Origin: a bacterium
Lineage (GTDB): Bacteria > SAR324 > JACQKK01
Assembly (NCBI GenBank): GCA_965240465.1
Contig: OZ251219.1
Coordinates: forward strand, 672,001-736,000
Length of the DNA stretch: 64,000 nt
Reading direction: 5' to 3'
Of the stretch, positions 19,385 through 30,300 are shown piece by piece. Each line of letters begins with the position of its first letter. The first letter of the stretch is position 1. A program made the translations under genes and the position numbers. Under the pieces are notes generated by a model, which did not search any database, was not told the origin of the DNA, and saw only the letters and a program-made list of their open reading frames with translations.

Positions 19385-22300
19385 ATGAGAAAATTATTTC
19401 TACAACACTGGCGACTATTAGCCGGTTTAATTATTACCATAATCCTAGCCAGCTGTGGTGGTGGTGGTGGTGGCAGTGGTGGTAGCGGATCTATTGATAC
19501 CGATGGCGATGGCATCGCCGATTTTGAGGCAGATGGCACCACCAAGAAAGACCTATGCTCCCCTAGTGAAGATGAGAAATTCGTCAGTACCCCCATAACT
19601 GACTACGATCGCGACGGTTGCGAGGATGCTGGCGAAGACGAAGATGATGATAATGATGGGATCAACGATTTTAATGATAGTGGTATCAAACTAGACAAAT
19701 GCTCTACCAGTCCCACCGGCTTCACCAGCTCCACCGCCACCGACGCTGATGGTGATGGTTGCCAAGATTCTGGCACAGGTGGTGCGGTTGGCGAAGATAT
19801 GGATGGCGGTGCTGGCACCGACACAGACAATGATGGCCAACCAGACGACGATGATGATGATGATGACAATGATACCATTCTAGATGGCAATGACTTGGAT
19901 GATAACGGCAACGGTCTGATAGAGATTTCCACTGCCGAGGAGCTGGGCAATATCCGCTACGATCTGGACGGCAGTCATTATGATGAAGAAGAAGATGACC
20001 TAGGAGATAAGGTAGGATCTGATGCAGGTTGTCCCACTACCGTAGGTTGCATCGGCTATGAACTAGTTGATAACATTGACTTAGGAGCCCCCGTTGCCAC
20101 TGCTACCAGTAACTGGGAGCCCATTGATGGAGAATTTACCGCCACCTTAGAAGGCAATAATTACACCATCAGTAACTTAACCATTAACAGTGGCACCCAA
20201 TACACAAGCTTCTTTACGGTCTTGGGGAACCGCGGCACAGTCCGAAACTTGTCCTTTGTAGCAGGTTCAGTTACTAGTAGCTACACTCTTGCTCCCACCA
20301 ACAATTTCAGCCATGTGGGGGTTCTGGTAGGCAGTAGTTCAGGAAAAATATCCAAGGTTTCTGCGAATCTACTGATTTTTGTCAGCCCGAGTAATAATGA
20401 CTATGTGGGTGGTTTGGTGGGCTTTAATGATGGGATCATCCAAGATAGCTATGTCACTGGCACCGTTAATGGCGGTGATGGTAGTAATGGCTCTGTGGGC
20501 GGCTTAGTAGGCTCAAATTCTCTTAGTGGTACCATCCAAGATAGCTATGCCACTGGCACCGTTAATGGCGGTGATGGTAATGAAGTCTCTGTGGGCGGTT
20601 TGGTGGGCTTTAACAATGGGATCATCCAAAATAGCTCTGCCGCTGGCACCGTTAATGGCGGTGATGGTAATGAAGTCTCTGTGGGCGGCTTAGTAGGCTT
20701 AAATTCTCTTGGTGGTATCATCCAAGATAGCTATGCCACTGGCTCTGTTAATGGCGGTGCTGGTAATGAAATCTCTGTGGGCGGCTTGGCGGGTACATCT
20801 AGTGGCACCATCGGAAATAGCTTTGCCACTGGCAATGCCACTGGCAATGTCGGAAATGCTAGCTTCGTGGGCGGCTTGGTGGGATATATCCTTGAAAAAA
20901 ACACCATCGGAAATAGCTTTGCCACTGGTAATGCTACTGGCGGTGCTGGTAATAATGACTGGGTGGGTGGCTTGGTGGGAAATGTTGATGCTGGAACCAT
21001 CCAGAACAGTTATTCCATAGGTGTTGCTGATGGCGGTGCCGGAGATTTTGACTTTGTGGGCGGCTTGGTGGGATATATTGCGTCTGGAACCATCCAGAAC
21101 AATTATTCCCTAAGTGTTGTTAATGGTGGTGATGGAGACGATAGGGTGGGCAGCTTAATTGGCAATACAAGAGATGATACAATCACAATTACTGGTAACT
21201 ATTACAATAGTGATAGTGAATTGAATGGCGAAAAAATAAAATCATTTACAGGCCCTGAGGCCACCGGTAAAACTAGCACTCAACTAAAAGAATTGAATGC
21301 CAATACCACCGCTAGTGATTTTGGCACGGACGGTTGGAGCACCAACAACTGGAATTTTGGCTCAAACAAACAATATCCCAGTCTGAGATCATACCAGGAT
21401 AATCCCCCCGGCGTCCAAACTGAAGGCGATTTGCTCTGTAGGCAAGATATCAACTTCGTTCAGTGTAGTGACACCGATGGCGACAATGATGGAGTGAAGG
21501 ATGGTGATGCAGATGGAAACCCTCTGGACCTATGTCCCCGTAGCCCTTCTGGCTTCACCAGCTCCTCCACCACCGACGCTGATGGCGATGGTTGCCAAGA
21601 TGGAGCAGGAAACGAAGACAAAGATGGTGGCACTGGTGAAGACACGGATAATGATGGCAAATATGGCAATGACCCCAATGATAGCACCATTAGGCTTGAT
21701 AAGTGCGAAGACGGCGACAAAGGCTGGACTAGCACCACCACCACCGATATTGATGGCGATGGTTGCCAAGACTCTGGCGAAGATAACGATGATGACAACG
21801 ATAACATAATCGACACTGATGACCAATGCCCTCTTGTCGCTGCTACTACTGATGCTAATAACGATGGTTGTACAGACATCGCAGACATCGCCGATAAAGA
21901 TAACGATGGCATAGACGACGCCACTGATGTAGATGACGACGGCGACGGTCTGATAGAGATTTCCACTGCTGAGGAGCTAAACAACATCCGCTACGATCTG
22001 GACGGCAGTCATTATGATGAAGAAGAAGATGACCTAGGAGATAAGGTAGGATCTGATGCAGGTTGTCCCACTACCGTAGGTTGCATCGGCTATGAACTAG
22101 TTGATAACATTGACTTAGGAGCCCCCGTTGCCACTGCTACCAGTAACTGGGAGCCCATTGATGGAGAATTTGCCGCCACCTTAGAAGGCAATAACAACAC
22201 CATCAGTAACCTGATCCTCTCCACCACTACTCAACACACCGGCTTCTTTACAAGATTGGGCTCTACTAGCACAGTTAGAAACTTGTCCTTTGTAACAAGT

Positions 22301-25300
22301 TCAGTTACTAGTAGCTATGCTTCTACCACCAAATATGGCAGCGTGGGGGTTCTGGCAGGCATGAGTCATGGAACAATATCCGGTGTTTCGGTTACTGGGA
22401 TCTCGGTTACTGGTGTCCCTGGTAATGGGTATTTTGGCGGCTTGGTAGGTTGGAGTGATTCGGGCAAAATCCAAAATAGCTATGCCACTGGCTATGCTTA
22501 CGGTACTATTGGTGATAACTCTGTGGGCGGCTTGGTGGGTAGAAATGATGCCCTCATACAAAATAGCTACGCCGCTGTGAAGGTCATTGGTGCTGGTGGC
22601 ACTGACCGGGTGGGCGGCTTGGTGGGTGATTCTAGTAGTGATGCCTACATTCAGAATAGCTATGCCACTGGCGATGCTTCTGGCGATGCGGGTAGAGACT
22701 TGGTGGGTGGCTTGGTGGGTTATATCGCGTCTGGAACAACCATCCAGAATAGCTATGCCACTGGCTCTGCCAATGGTGGTGATGATGATGGAGATAATGT
22801 GGGCGGCTTGGTGGGTTATATTATGTCTGGAGCCATCCAGAACAGTTATTCCATAGGTGTTGCTGATGGCGGCGCCGGAGATGCTAACTCTGTGGGTGGC
22901 TTGGTAGGTTATCTTGATGTGGGGACAGTCCAAAATAGCTATGCCACTGGTTCTGCTAATGGCAGTGCGGGTAATGGTGACTCTGTGGGCGGTTTGGTGG
23001 GGTATGTTGCAGGTGGGACCTCCCAGGACGTGGCAACTCTCCAGAACAGTTATTCCCTAAGTGTTGTTAACGGTGGTGATGGAGACGATAGGGTGGGCCG
23101 CTTGGTTGGTGCTAAAGGAGCTGGTACAATTGGAATTACCAGCAACTATTATGATAGTGCTACTAGCAAACTGGTTTTCAGTACCGCAGACACCATATTA
23201 GCCCTTGTAGACACCGAGGCTAAGGGCAAAACCAACGCTGAGATAAGAGCCTTGACTGCTACCACCACCGAAGATGACTTTACAGGTGATAATAATGGCT
23301 GGAGTGAGAACAACTGGCAGTTCACAGCTGGTTTATACCCCAGTTTGAAGTCTTACAAAACAACCACTAACAATAACGTAGTCTCCCAAGTTGCGGGTGT
23401 TTTGCTCTGTGGACAATCTGGCAACTTCTTTCAGTGTAGTGACACCGATGGCGACAATGATGGAGTGAAGGATGGTGATGCAGATGGAAACGCTCTGGAC
23501 CTATGTCCTCGTAGCCCTTCCAGCTTCACCAGCTCCTCCACCACCGACGCTGATGGCGATGGTTGCCAAGATGGAGTAGGAAACGAAGACAAAGATGGTG
23601 GCACTGGTGAAGACACGGATAATGATGGCAAATATGGTAATGACCCCAATGATAGCACCATTAGGCTTGATAAGTGCGAAGACGGCGACAAAGGCTGGAC
23701 TAGCACCACCACCACCGATATTGATGGCGATGGTTGCCAAGACTCTGGCGAAGATAACGATGATGACGACGATAACATAATTGACACTGATGACCTATGC
23801 CCTCTTGTCGCTGCTACTACTGATGCTGATAACGATGGTTGCCAAGATAGTGGCACTGGTGGCGGTGGCGGCGGCGGTGGTGGCACGGGCGGCGGTGGCA
23901 CTGGCGGCGGCGGTACCGATGTGGATGCTGACGGCGACGGTCTGATAGAGATTTCCACTGCTGAGGAGCTGAACAATATCCGCTACGATCTGGACGGCAG
24001 TCATTATGATGATGAAGAAGATGATGGCACCGGTAATATAGGCTCCAATGCAGGCTGTCCCAGTACAGGTTGCATAGGCTATGAACTAGTTGGTAACATT
24101 GACTTAGGAGCCCTCGTTGACCCTGCTACCAGTAACTGGGACCCCATTGAGGGAGAATTTACCGCCACCTTAGAAGGCGGTTACAAAACCATCAGTAACC
24201 TAGTCATTAAAAGTGATGCTGAATACACGGGCTTCTTTACAAGCTTGGGTATCGACGGCATAGTCCAAAACTTGTCCTTTGCAACAGGTTCAGTTACTGG
24301 TAGCTACACCGGATATGGCGATGTGGGGCTTCTGGCAGGCACTAGTGATGGAACAATATCAGGTGTTTCGGTTACTGGGATCTCGGTTTCTAGCAGCACG
24401 GGTACTAGTGGCTCTGTGGGCGGTTTGGTAGGGAATAGCTATGATGGTACTATAGAAAATAGCTATGTCACTGGAAATATCACTGGTAGTGATGGTGAAG
24501 ACTATGTGGGCGGCTTAGTGGGATATCTTGATGTCGATGGTACCATCAAAGATAGCTATGCCACTGGTGTTACCGATGGCGGTAATGGTAGAAACTATGT
24601 GGGCGGCTTGGCAGGTTATGGTGCTGGCATCATAGAAAATAGCTATGCCACTGGAAATGTCATTGGTGGTGATGGTGATGGAAACTTTGTGGGCGGCTTG
24701 GTAGGTGATAATAGAGCCACCATCCGAAATAGCTATGCCACTGGTGCTACCGATGGCGGTAATGGTAGAGACAATGTGGGCGGCTTGGCAGGTTATAGTG
24801 CTGGCATCATAGAAAATAGCTACGCCACTGGAAATATCACTGGTAGTGATGGTGGAGACAATGTGGGCGGCTTGGTGGGTTATATTACGTCTGGAACCAT
24901 CCAGAACAGTTATTCCCTAAGTGTTGTTAATGGTGGTGATGGAAACGATAATGTGGGCCGCTTGGTTGGTTTTAAGGGAACTGGTACAATTGGAATTACC
25001 AGCAACTATTATGATAGTGCTACTAGCAAACTGATTTTCAGTACCGCAGACACCATATTAGCCCTTGTAGACACCGAGGCTAAGGGCAAAACCAACGCTG
25101 AGATAAGAGCCTTGACTGCTACCACCACCGAAGATGACTTTACAGGTGATAATAATGGCTGGAGTGAGAACAACTGGCAGTTCACAGCTGGTTTATACCC
25201 CAGTTTGAAGTCTTACAAAACAACCACTAACAATAACGTAGTCTCCCAAGTTGCGGGTGTTTTGCTCTGTGGACAATCTGGCAACTTCTTTCAGTGTAGT

Positions 25301-27268
25301 GACACCGATGGCGACAATGATGGAGTGAATGATGGTGATGCAGATGGAAACGCTCTGGATCTATGTCCCCGTAGCCCTTCCGGCTTCACCAGCTCCTCCA
25401 CCACCGACGCTGATGGCGATGGTTGCCAAGATGGAGCAGGAAACGAAGACAAAGATGGTGGCACTGGTGAAGACACGGATAATGATGGCAAATATGGCAA
25501 TGACCCCAATGATAGCACCATTAAGCTTGATAAGTGCGAAGACGGCGACAAAGGCTGGACTAGCACCGCCACCACCGATATTGATGGCGATGGTTGCCAA
25601 GACTCTGGCGAAGATAACGATGATGACGACGATAACATAATTGACACTGATGACCTATGCCCTCTTGTCGCTGCTACTACTGATGCTAATAACGATGGTT
25701 GTACAGACATCGCCGATAAAGATAACGATGGCATAGACGACGCCACTGATGTAGATGACGACGGCGACGGTCTGATAGAGATTTCCACTGCTGAGGAGCT
25801 AAACAACATCCGCCATAATTTAAGAGGCATGTACTATGATGATGAAGAAGATGATGGCACCGGTAATATAGGCTCCAATGCAGGCTGTCCCAGTGCAGGT
25901 TGCATAGGCTATGAACTAGTCAATAACATTGACCTAGGAGCCCTCGTTGACCCTGCTACCAGTAACTGGACCCCCATTGAGGACTATTTTTCCGCTACCT
26001 TTGAAGGCAATAACAACACCATCAGTAACCTGATCATTTCCACCACTAATACCCGAAACACCGGCTTCTTTGAATCCTTGAGGGATACTGCCACAGTTAA
26101 AAAATTGTTCTTTGTAGGAGGTTCAGTTACTGGTAGCTATGATGACGGCGCGGTGGGAGTTCTGATAGGCAATAATAGAGGAAAAATATCCGAGGTTTTT
26201 GCTACTGGAATATCGGTTTCTGCTGGTGATGGTAGAGACAATGTGGGCGGCTTGGTAGGTTATAGTACTGGCACCATCCAAAATAGCTCCGCCACTGTAA
26301 ACACCAGTGGCGGAGCGGGTGATGGTGACAATGTGGGTGGCTTGGTAGGTTATAATGGCGGCACCATCCAAGATAGCTCTGCAGCTGGAAATACCTATGG
26401 CAATGCTGGTAGAGACAATGTGGGCGGCTTGGTAGGTTATAATAACGGCACCATCCAAGATAGCTCTGCCATTACTGGCTCTGCTACTGGAGGAACTGAG
26501 GGAATCTTGGTTTCTGCTAGTAGTAGTAACTATGACAGTGTAGGTGGCTTGGTTGGTGATAACGATGGCGGTACCATCCAAAATAGCTCCGCCACCGTTT
26601 CTGTCGTTGGCGGTGCTGATAACTTTGATAAGGTGGGTGGCTTGGTGGGTAATAGTCGTAGCAGCGGCATCATCCGAAATAGCTATGCCACTGGCTCTGC
26701 TGATGGCAATGCTGGTTATAGCGACTATGTGGGTGGCTTGGTAGGTTATCTTGATGGGGGGACAGTCCAAAATAGCTATGCCATTGGTTCTGTTAATGGC
26801 GGTACTGGCAGGGACTATGTAGGTGGCTTGTTAGGATATATTGTGTTTGGAACCCTAAAAAACAGTTATTCCCTAAATACTGTTGATGGGGGAGAGGGAG
26901 AAGATGATATTGGCCGCTTGTTTGGTTATAAAGGAGATGGTTTGTCTGGTACGATTGCGATTACCGGCAACTATTACGATAGTGCTACTAGCAAACTGGT
27001 TTTCAGTACCGCAGACACCATATTAGCCCTTGTAGACACCGAGGCTAAGGGCAAAACCAACGCTGAGATAAGAGCCTTGACTGCTACCACCACCGAAGAT
27101 GACTTTGCAGGTGATAACAATGGCTGGAGTACTAACAACTGGAAATTCACTGACGGCAAATACCCCAGCCTGAAGTCCTACAAGGTGGATGTCAACGATG
27201 CCCAAATCGCAGGCACTCTACTCTGTGGGCAATCACCCGTGGCTGACTTCGTTCAGTGTATACCCTAG
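19385..27268 (+). CDS. Surface lipoprotein 1 (2627 aa): TSP3-like Ca-binding repeats and 4 GLUG-repeat modules
   Basis: Lipobox ILASC; DxDxDGCxD repeats; many VGGLVG...NSYATG repeats; four LIEISTAEEL...GYEL...YPSL.SY...LLC modules. Confidence 0.88.
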   Translation: MRKLFLQHWRLLAGLIITIILASCGGGGGGSGGSGSIDTDGDGIADFEADGTTKKDLCSPSEDEKFVSTPITDYDRDGCEDAGEDEDDDNDGINDFNDSGIKLDKCSTSPTGFTSSTATDADGDGCQDSGTGGAVGEDMDGGAGTDTDNDGQPDDDDDDDDNDTILDGNDLDDNGNGLIEISTAEELGNIRYDLDGSHYDEEEDDLGDKVGSDAGCPTTVGCIGYELVDNIDLGAPVATATSNWEPIDGEFTATLEGNNYTISNLTINSGTQYTSFFTVLGNRGTVRNLSFVAGSVTSSYTLAPTNNFSHVGVLVGSSSGKISKVSANLLIFVSPSNNDYVGGLVGFNDGIIQDSYVTGTVNGGDGSNGSVGGLVGSNSLSGTIQDSYATGTVNGGDGNEVSVGGLVGFNNGIIQNSSAAGTVNGGDGNEVSVGGLVGLNSLGGIIQDSYATGSVNGGAGNEISVGGLAGTSSGTIGNSFATGNATGNVGNASFVGGLVGYILEKNTIGNSFATGNATGGAGNNDWVGGLVGNVDAGTIQNSYSIGVADGGAGDFDFVGGLVGYIASGTIQNNYSLSVVNGGDGDDRVGSLIGNTRDDTITITGNYYNSDSELNGEKIKSFTGPEATGKTSTQLKELNANTTASDFGTDGWSTNNWNFGSNKQYPSLRSYQDNPPGVQTEGDLLCRQDINFVQCSDTDGDNDGVKDGDADGNPLDLCPRSPSGFTSSSTTDADGDGCQDGAGNEDKDGGTGEDTDNDGKYGNDPNDSTIRLDKCEDGDKGWTSTTTTDIDGDGCQDSGEDNDDDNDNIIDTDDQCPLVAATTDANNDGCTDIADIADKDNDGIDDATDVDDDGDGLIEISTAEELNNIRYDLDGSHYDEEEDDLGDKVGSDAGCPTTVGCIGYELVDNIDLGAPVATATSNWEPIDGEFAATLEGNNNTISNLILSTTTQHTGFFTRLGSTSTVRNLSFVTSSVTSSYASTTKYGSVGVLAGMSHGTISGVSVTGISVTGVPGNGYFGGLVGWSDSGKIQNSYATGYAYGTIGDNSVGGLVGRNDALIQNSYAAVKVIGAGGTDRVGGLVGDSSSDAYIQNSYATGDASGDAGRDLVGGLVGYIASGTTIQNSYATGSANGGDDDGDNVGGLVGYIMSGAIQNSYSIGVADGGAGDANSVGGLVGYLDVGTVQNSYATGSANGSAGNGDSVGGLVGYVAGGTSQDVATLQNSYSLSVVNGGDGDDRVGRLVGAKGAGTIGITSNYYDSATSKLVFSTADTILALVDTEAKGKTNAEIRALTATTTEDDFTGDNNGWSENNWQFTAGLYPSLKSYKTTTNNNVVSQVAGVLLCGQSGNFFQCSDTDGDNDGVKDGDADGNALDLCPRSPSSFTSSSTTDADGDGCQDGVGNEDKDGGTGEDTDNDGKYGNDPNDSTIRLDKCEDGDKGWTSTTTTDIDGDGCQDSGEDNDDDDDNIIDTDDLCPLVAATTDADNDGCQDSGTGGGGGGGGGTGGGGTGGGGTDVDADGDGLIEISTAEELNNIRYDLDGSHYDDEEDDGTGNIGSNAGCPSTGCIGYELVGNIDLGALVDPATSNWDPIEGEFTATLEGGYKTISNLVIKSDAEYTGFFTSLGIDGIVQNLSFATGSVTGSYTGYGDVGLLAGTSDGTISGVSVTGISVSSSTGTSGSVGGLVGNSYDGTIENSYVTGNITGSDGEDYVGGLVGYLDVDGTIKDSYATGVTDGGNGRNYVGGLAGYGAGIIENSYATGNVIGGDGDGNFVGGLVGDNRATIRNSYATGATDGGNGRDNVGGLAGYSAGIIENSYATGNITGSDGGDNVGGLVGYITSGTIQNSYSLSVVNGGDGNDNVGRLVGFKGTGTIGITSNYYDSATSKLIFSTADTILALVDTEAKGKTNAEIRALTATTTEDDFTGDNNGWSENNWQFTAGLYPSLKSYKTTTNNNVVSQVAGVLLCGQSGNFFQCSDTDGDNDGVNDGDADGNALDLCPRSPSGFTSSSTTDADGDGCQDGAGNEDKDGGTGEDTDNDGKYGNDPNDSTIKLDKCEDGDKGWTSTATTDIDGDGCQDSGEDNDDDDDNIIDTDDLCPLVAATTDANNDGCTDIADKDNDGIDDATDVDDDGDGLIEISTAEELNNIRHNLRGMYYDDEEDDGTGNIGSNAGCPSAGCIGYELVNNIDLGALVDPATSNWTPIEDYFSATFEGNNNTISNLIISTTNTRNTGFFESLRDTATVKKLFFVGGSVTGSYDDGAVGVLIGNNRGKISEVFATGISVSAGDGRDNVGGLVGYSTGTIQNSSATVNTSGGAGDGDNVGGLVGYNGGTIQDSSAAGNTYGNAGRDNVGGLVGYNNGTIQDSSAITGSATGGTEGILVSASSSNYDSVGGLVGDNDGGTIQNSSATVSVVGGADNFDKVGGLVGNSRSSGIIRNSYATGSADGNAGYSDYVGGLVGYLDGGTVQNSYAIGSVNGGTGRDYVGGLLGYIVFGTLKNSYSLNTVDGGEGEDDIGRLFGYKGDGLSGTIAITGNYYDSATSKLVFSTADTILALVDTEAKGKTNAEIRALTATTTEDDFAGDNNGWSTNNWKFTDGKYPSLKSYKVDVNDAQIAGTLLCGQSPVADFVQCIP

Positions 27269-27290
27269 GCAGACGCCCCCGCAAAAAAAC

Positions 27291-27320
27291 TTGACACTAG
27301 TAGGTAAATTGGAGTATAAG
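27291..27320 (+). promoter_or_regulatory. Sigma70-type promoter for lipoprotein gene 2
   Basis: TTGACA-18 nt-TATAAG; GGAGG RBS at ~27362. Confidence 0.65.
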
Positions 27321-27373
27321 AACAGTACCACCCTGAGGCTACGTTTTTTATGACGATCTTGGGAGGAAAGCCC

Positions 27374-30300
27374 ATGAAAAAATTATCGCTGTTCTCAGCC
27401 AGTTGTATTCTCGCTATGTTCTTAGCTAGCTGTGGCATTGGCAGTATTGGTGATGCTGTCGGTGGCAGATATGCAGATACTGATACCGATGCCGATGGCG
27501 TTCCTGATAGACTAGATTCATGCCTCAACAGTATTGATGGAGCCTTCATCAGCAATAGTGAAGATGACTACGATGACGACGGCTGCCAAGACTCTGACGA
27601 AGACCTTGATGATGATAATGACAAAATCCCCGATGTGACAGACGCTTGTAAGAAAGGCGACACTGGCTGGACTAGCACCAACACCACCGACCATGATGGC
27701 GATGGGTGCCAAGATGACTCTGAAGACCCCGATGATGACAATGATGGCTTAGCCGATGCCGACGACTTCTGTGCCAAGGGTGAAAAAAACTGGAACAGAA
27801 ACAGCATCACCGACAAAGATGGCGATGGTTGCCAAGACTCAGGCGAAGATCTTGATGATGATGACGATGGGGTATCGGACAAGCTTGACCAATGCCCTGA
27901 CAACCCTTACGACTTTATCAGTAACAGTGCTAGCGACTACGACGGTGACGGCTGTGAAGACTCCGAAGACCCTGATGACGACAATGATGAAATTAATGAT
28001 TTTGATGGAGCAAATGTACTAGATAAATGCCCTAGGAGCATCGATAAAAACTTTGTCAGCAGTCCTGCCAATGACCGCGACAGTGATGGTTGCCAAGACT
28101 CAGGCGAAGATCTTGATGATGACGATGATGGCATATTAGACACCGTTGATATGGATGATGACAATGATGGAGTTGACGATGTGGACGCAAACCAAGAAAC
28201 TCTAGACCAATGTCCCAGCAGCCGCCCCAGCTTCACCAGCTCCCTTAACACCGACTTTGATGGCGATGGATGTGAAGACTCAGGCGAAGATCTTGATGAT
28301 GATAACGATGGGGTACCGGACAAGCTTGACCAATGCCCTGGAACATCTTTAAATTTCGCCAACGCTAGCGACTATGATAAAGATGGTTGCCGAGACCAAG
28401 ATGAAGATGATGATGACGATGACGATGGTAATCTTGATACTGACTATGACGGTGATGGAATAGGTGATAATGCAGATTCGGATGATGACAACGATACGAT
28501 TAATGATAAACTGGACGCATGCCAAAAAAGTGTTGATACAAGCTTCATTAGTGACAGCACCAATGACCTAGATAGAGATGGCTGCAAAGATAGTAGCGAA
28601 GATAGGGACCAAGGTAGAGGCACTGATTTAGACAATGATGGCATTGACGATGACGTTGATACAGATGATGACAATGACAATATTTTAGATGACGATGATG
28701 TGGATGATGATGGTGATGGTTTGATAGAGATAACCACTGCTGCCGAGCTGGACAATATCCGCTATGATTTGTATGGCACTCGCTATGATGATGAAGCAGA
28801 TGACACAGGAGACAATGCAGGCTCTAATGCAGGCTCTAATGCGGGCTGTCCCATCACAACAGGTTGCATCGGATATGAATTAACAACTGACATTACCTTC
28901 CCTGATCCCAGCAACTGGAATCCCGTTTTTGGAAGCTTTAAAGCTATCTTAGATGGCAATGATCACACCATCTATAACCTAACCATGGATAATTACGAGT
29001 TCCACATGGGCTTATTTAAAATCTTGGGTGCTAACGGCGTAGTCCGAAACTTGTCTTTTGTAAGAGGTTCAATTACTAGTAGATACATTTTAGACGATTA
29101 TTCATATATTGGGGTTCTGGTAGGCGTGAATTCTGGAACAATATCCGATGTTTCTGTGGAAGGGATATCAATGTCTGTCACCAATACTGGAAAAGGTTCC
29201 GTGGGCGGCTTGGTAGGTTACAATAATGGCGGTACCGTCCAAAATAGCTCTGCCGCTGGAAATGTAGATGGTGGTAGCGGTGGTGGAGATATTGTGGGCG
29301 GCTTGGTAGGTTACAATGATCGCGGTATCATCCAAGATAGCCATGCCACTGGAAATATCACTGGTCATGATGGTAATGCTGATAGGGTAGGCGGCTTGGT
29401 AGGTCACAATTATAAAGGCACCATAAAAAATAGTTATGCCACTGGAAATATCACTGGTGATGGTGGTAATGATGATAGGGTAGGCGGCTTGGTAGGTGAG
29501 AATAGGAATGGTCTCATCGAAAATAGTTATGCTACTGGATATACTTCTGGCGGTGATGGCGCACAAGATAGGGTGGGCGGCTTGGTAGGTCACAACCTCG
29601 GTATCATCCAAAATAGTTATGCCACTGGAAATGCTTCTGGCAATAATGGTTATAAAGATACTGTGGGCGGCTTGACAGGTTACAATCAAGATATCATCCA
29701 AAATAGCCATGCCACCGGCAATTCTTCTGGCGGTAATGGTGATAGAGACTATGTGGGTGGCTTATCGGGTTATAATGATGGCGGCGTCATCCGAAATAGC
29801 TATGCCACTGGCGATTCTTTCGGCGGTAATGGTGGAGACCTTGTAGGTGGTTTAACTAGTGGTAATAAGAATTCCTCCATCGAAGATAGCTATGCTACTG
29901 GCAATGTTTATGGCGATGCTGGAAATGACTTGTCGGGTGGCTTGGTGGGATATTTTTCTGATGGAACCATCAAGAGAAGTTATTCCTTAGGTATTGTTGA
30001 TGGTGGTGATGGCAACGATAATGTGGGCCGCTTGGTTGGTTTTAAGGGAACTGGTACAATTAAAATTACCGGCAACTATTATGATAGTGCTATTAGCAAA
30101 CTGGTTTTCAGTACCGCAGACACCATATTAGCCCTTGTAAACACCGAGGCTAAGGGCAAAACCAACGCTGAGATGAGAGCCTTGACTGCTACCACCACCG
30201 AAGATGACTTTACAGGTGATAATAATGGCTGGAGTGAGAAGAACTGGCAGTTCACGGCTGGTTTATACCCCAGTTTGAGGTCTTACAAAACAACCACTAG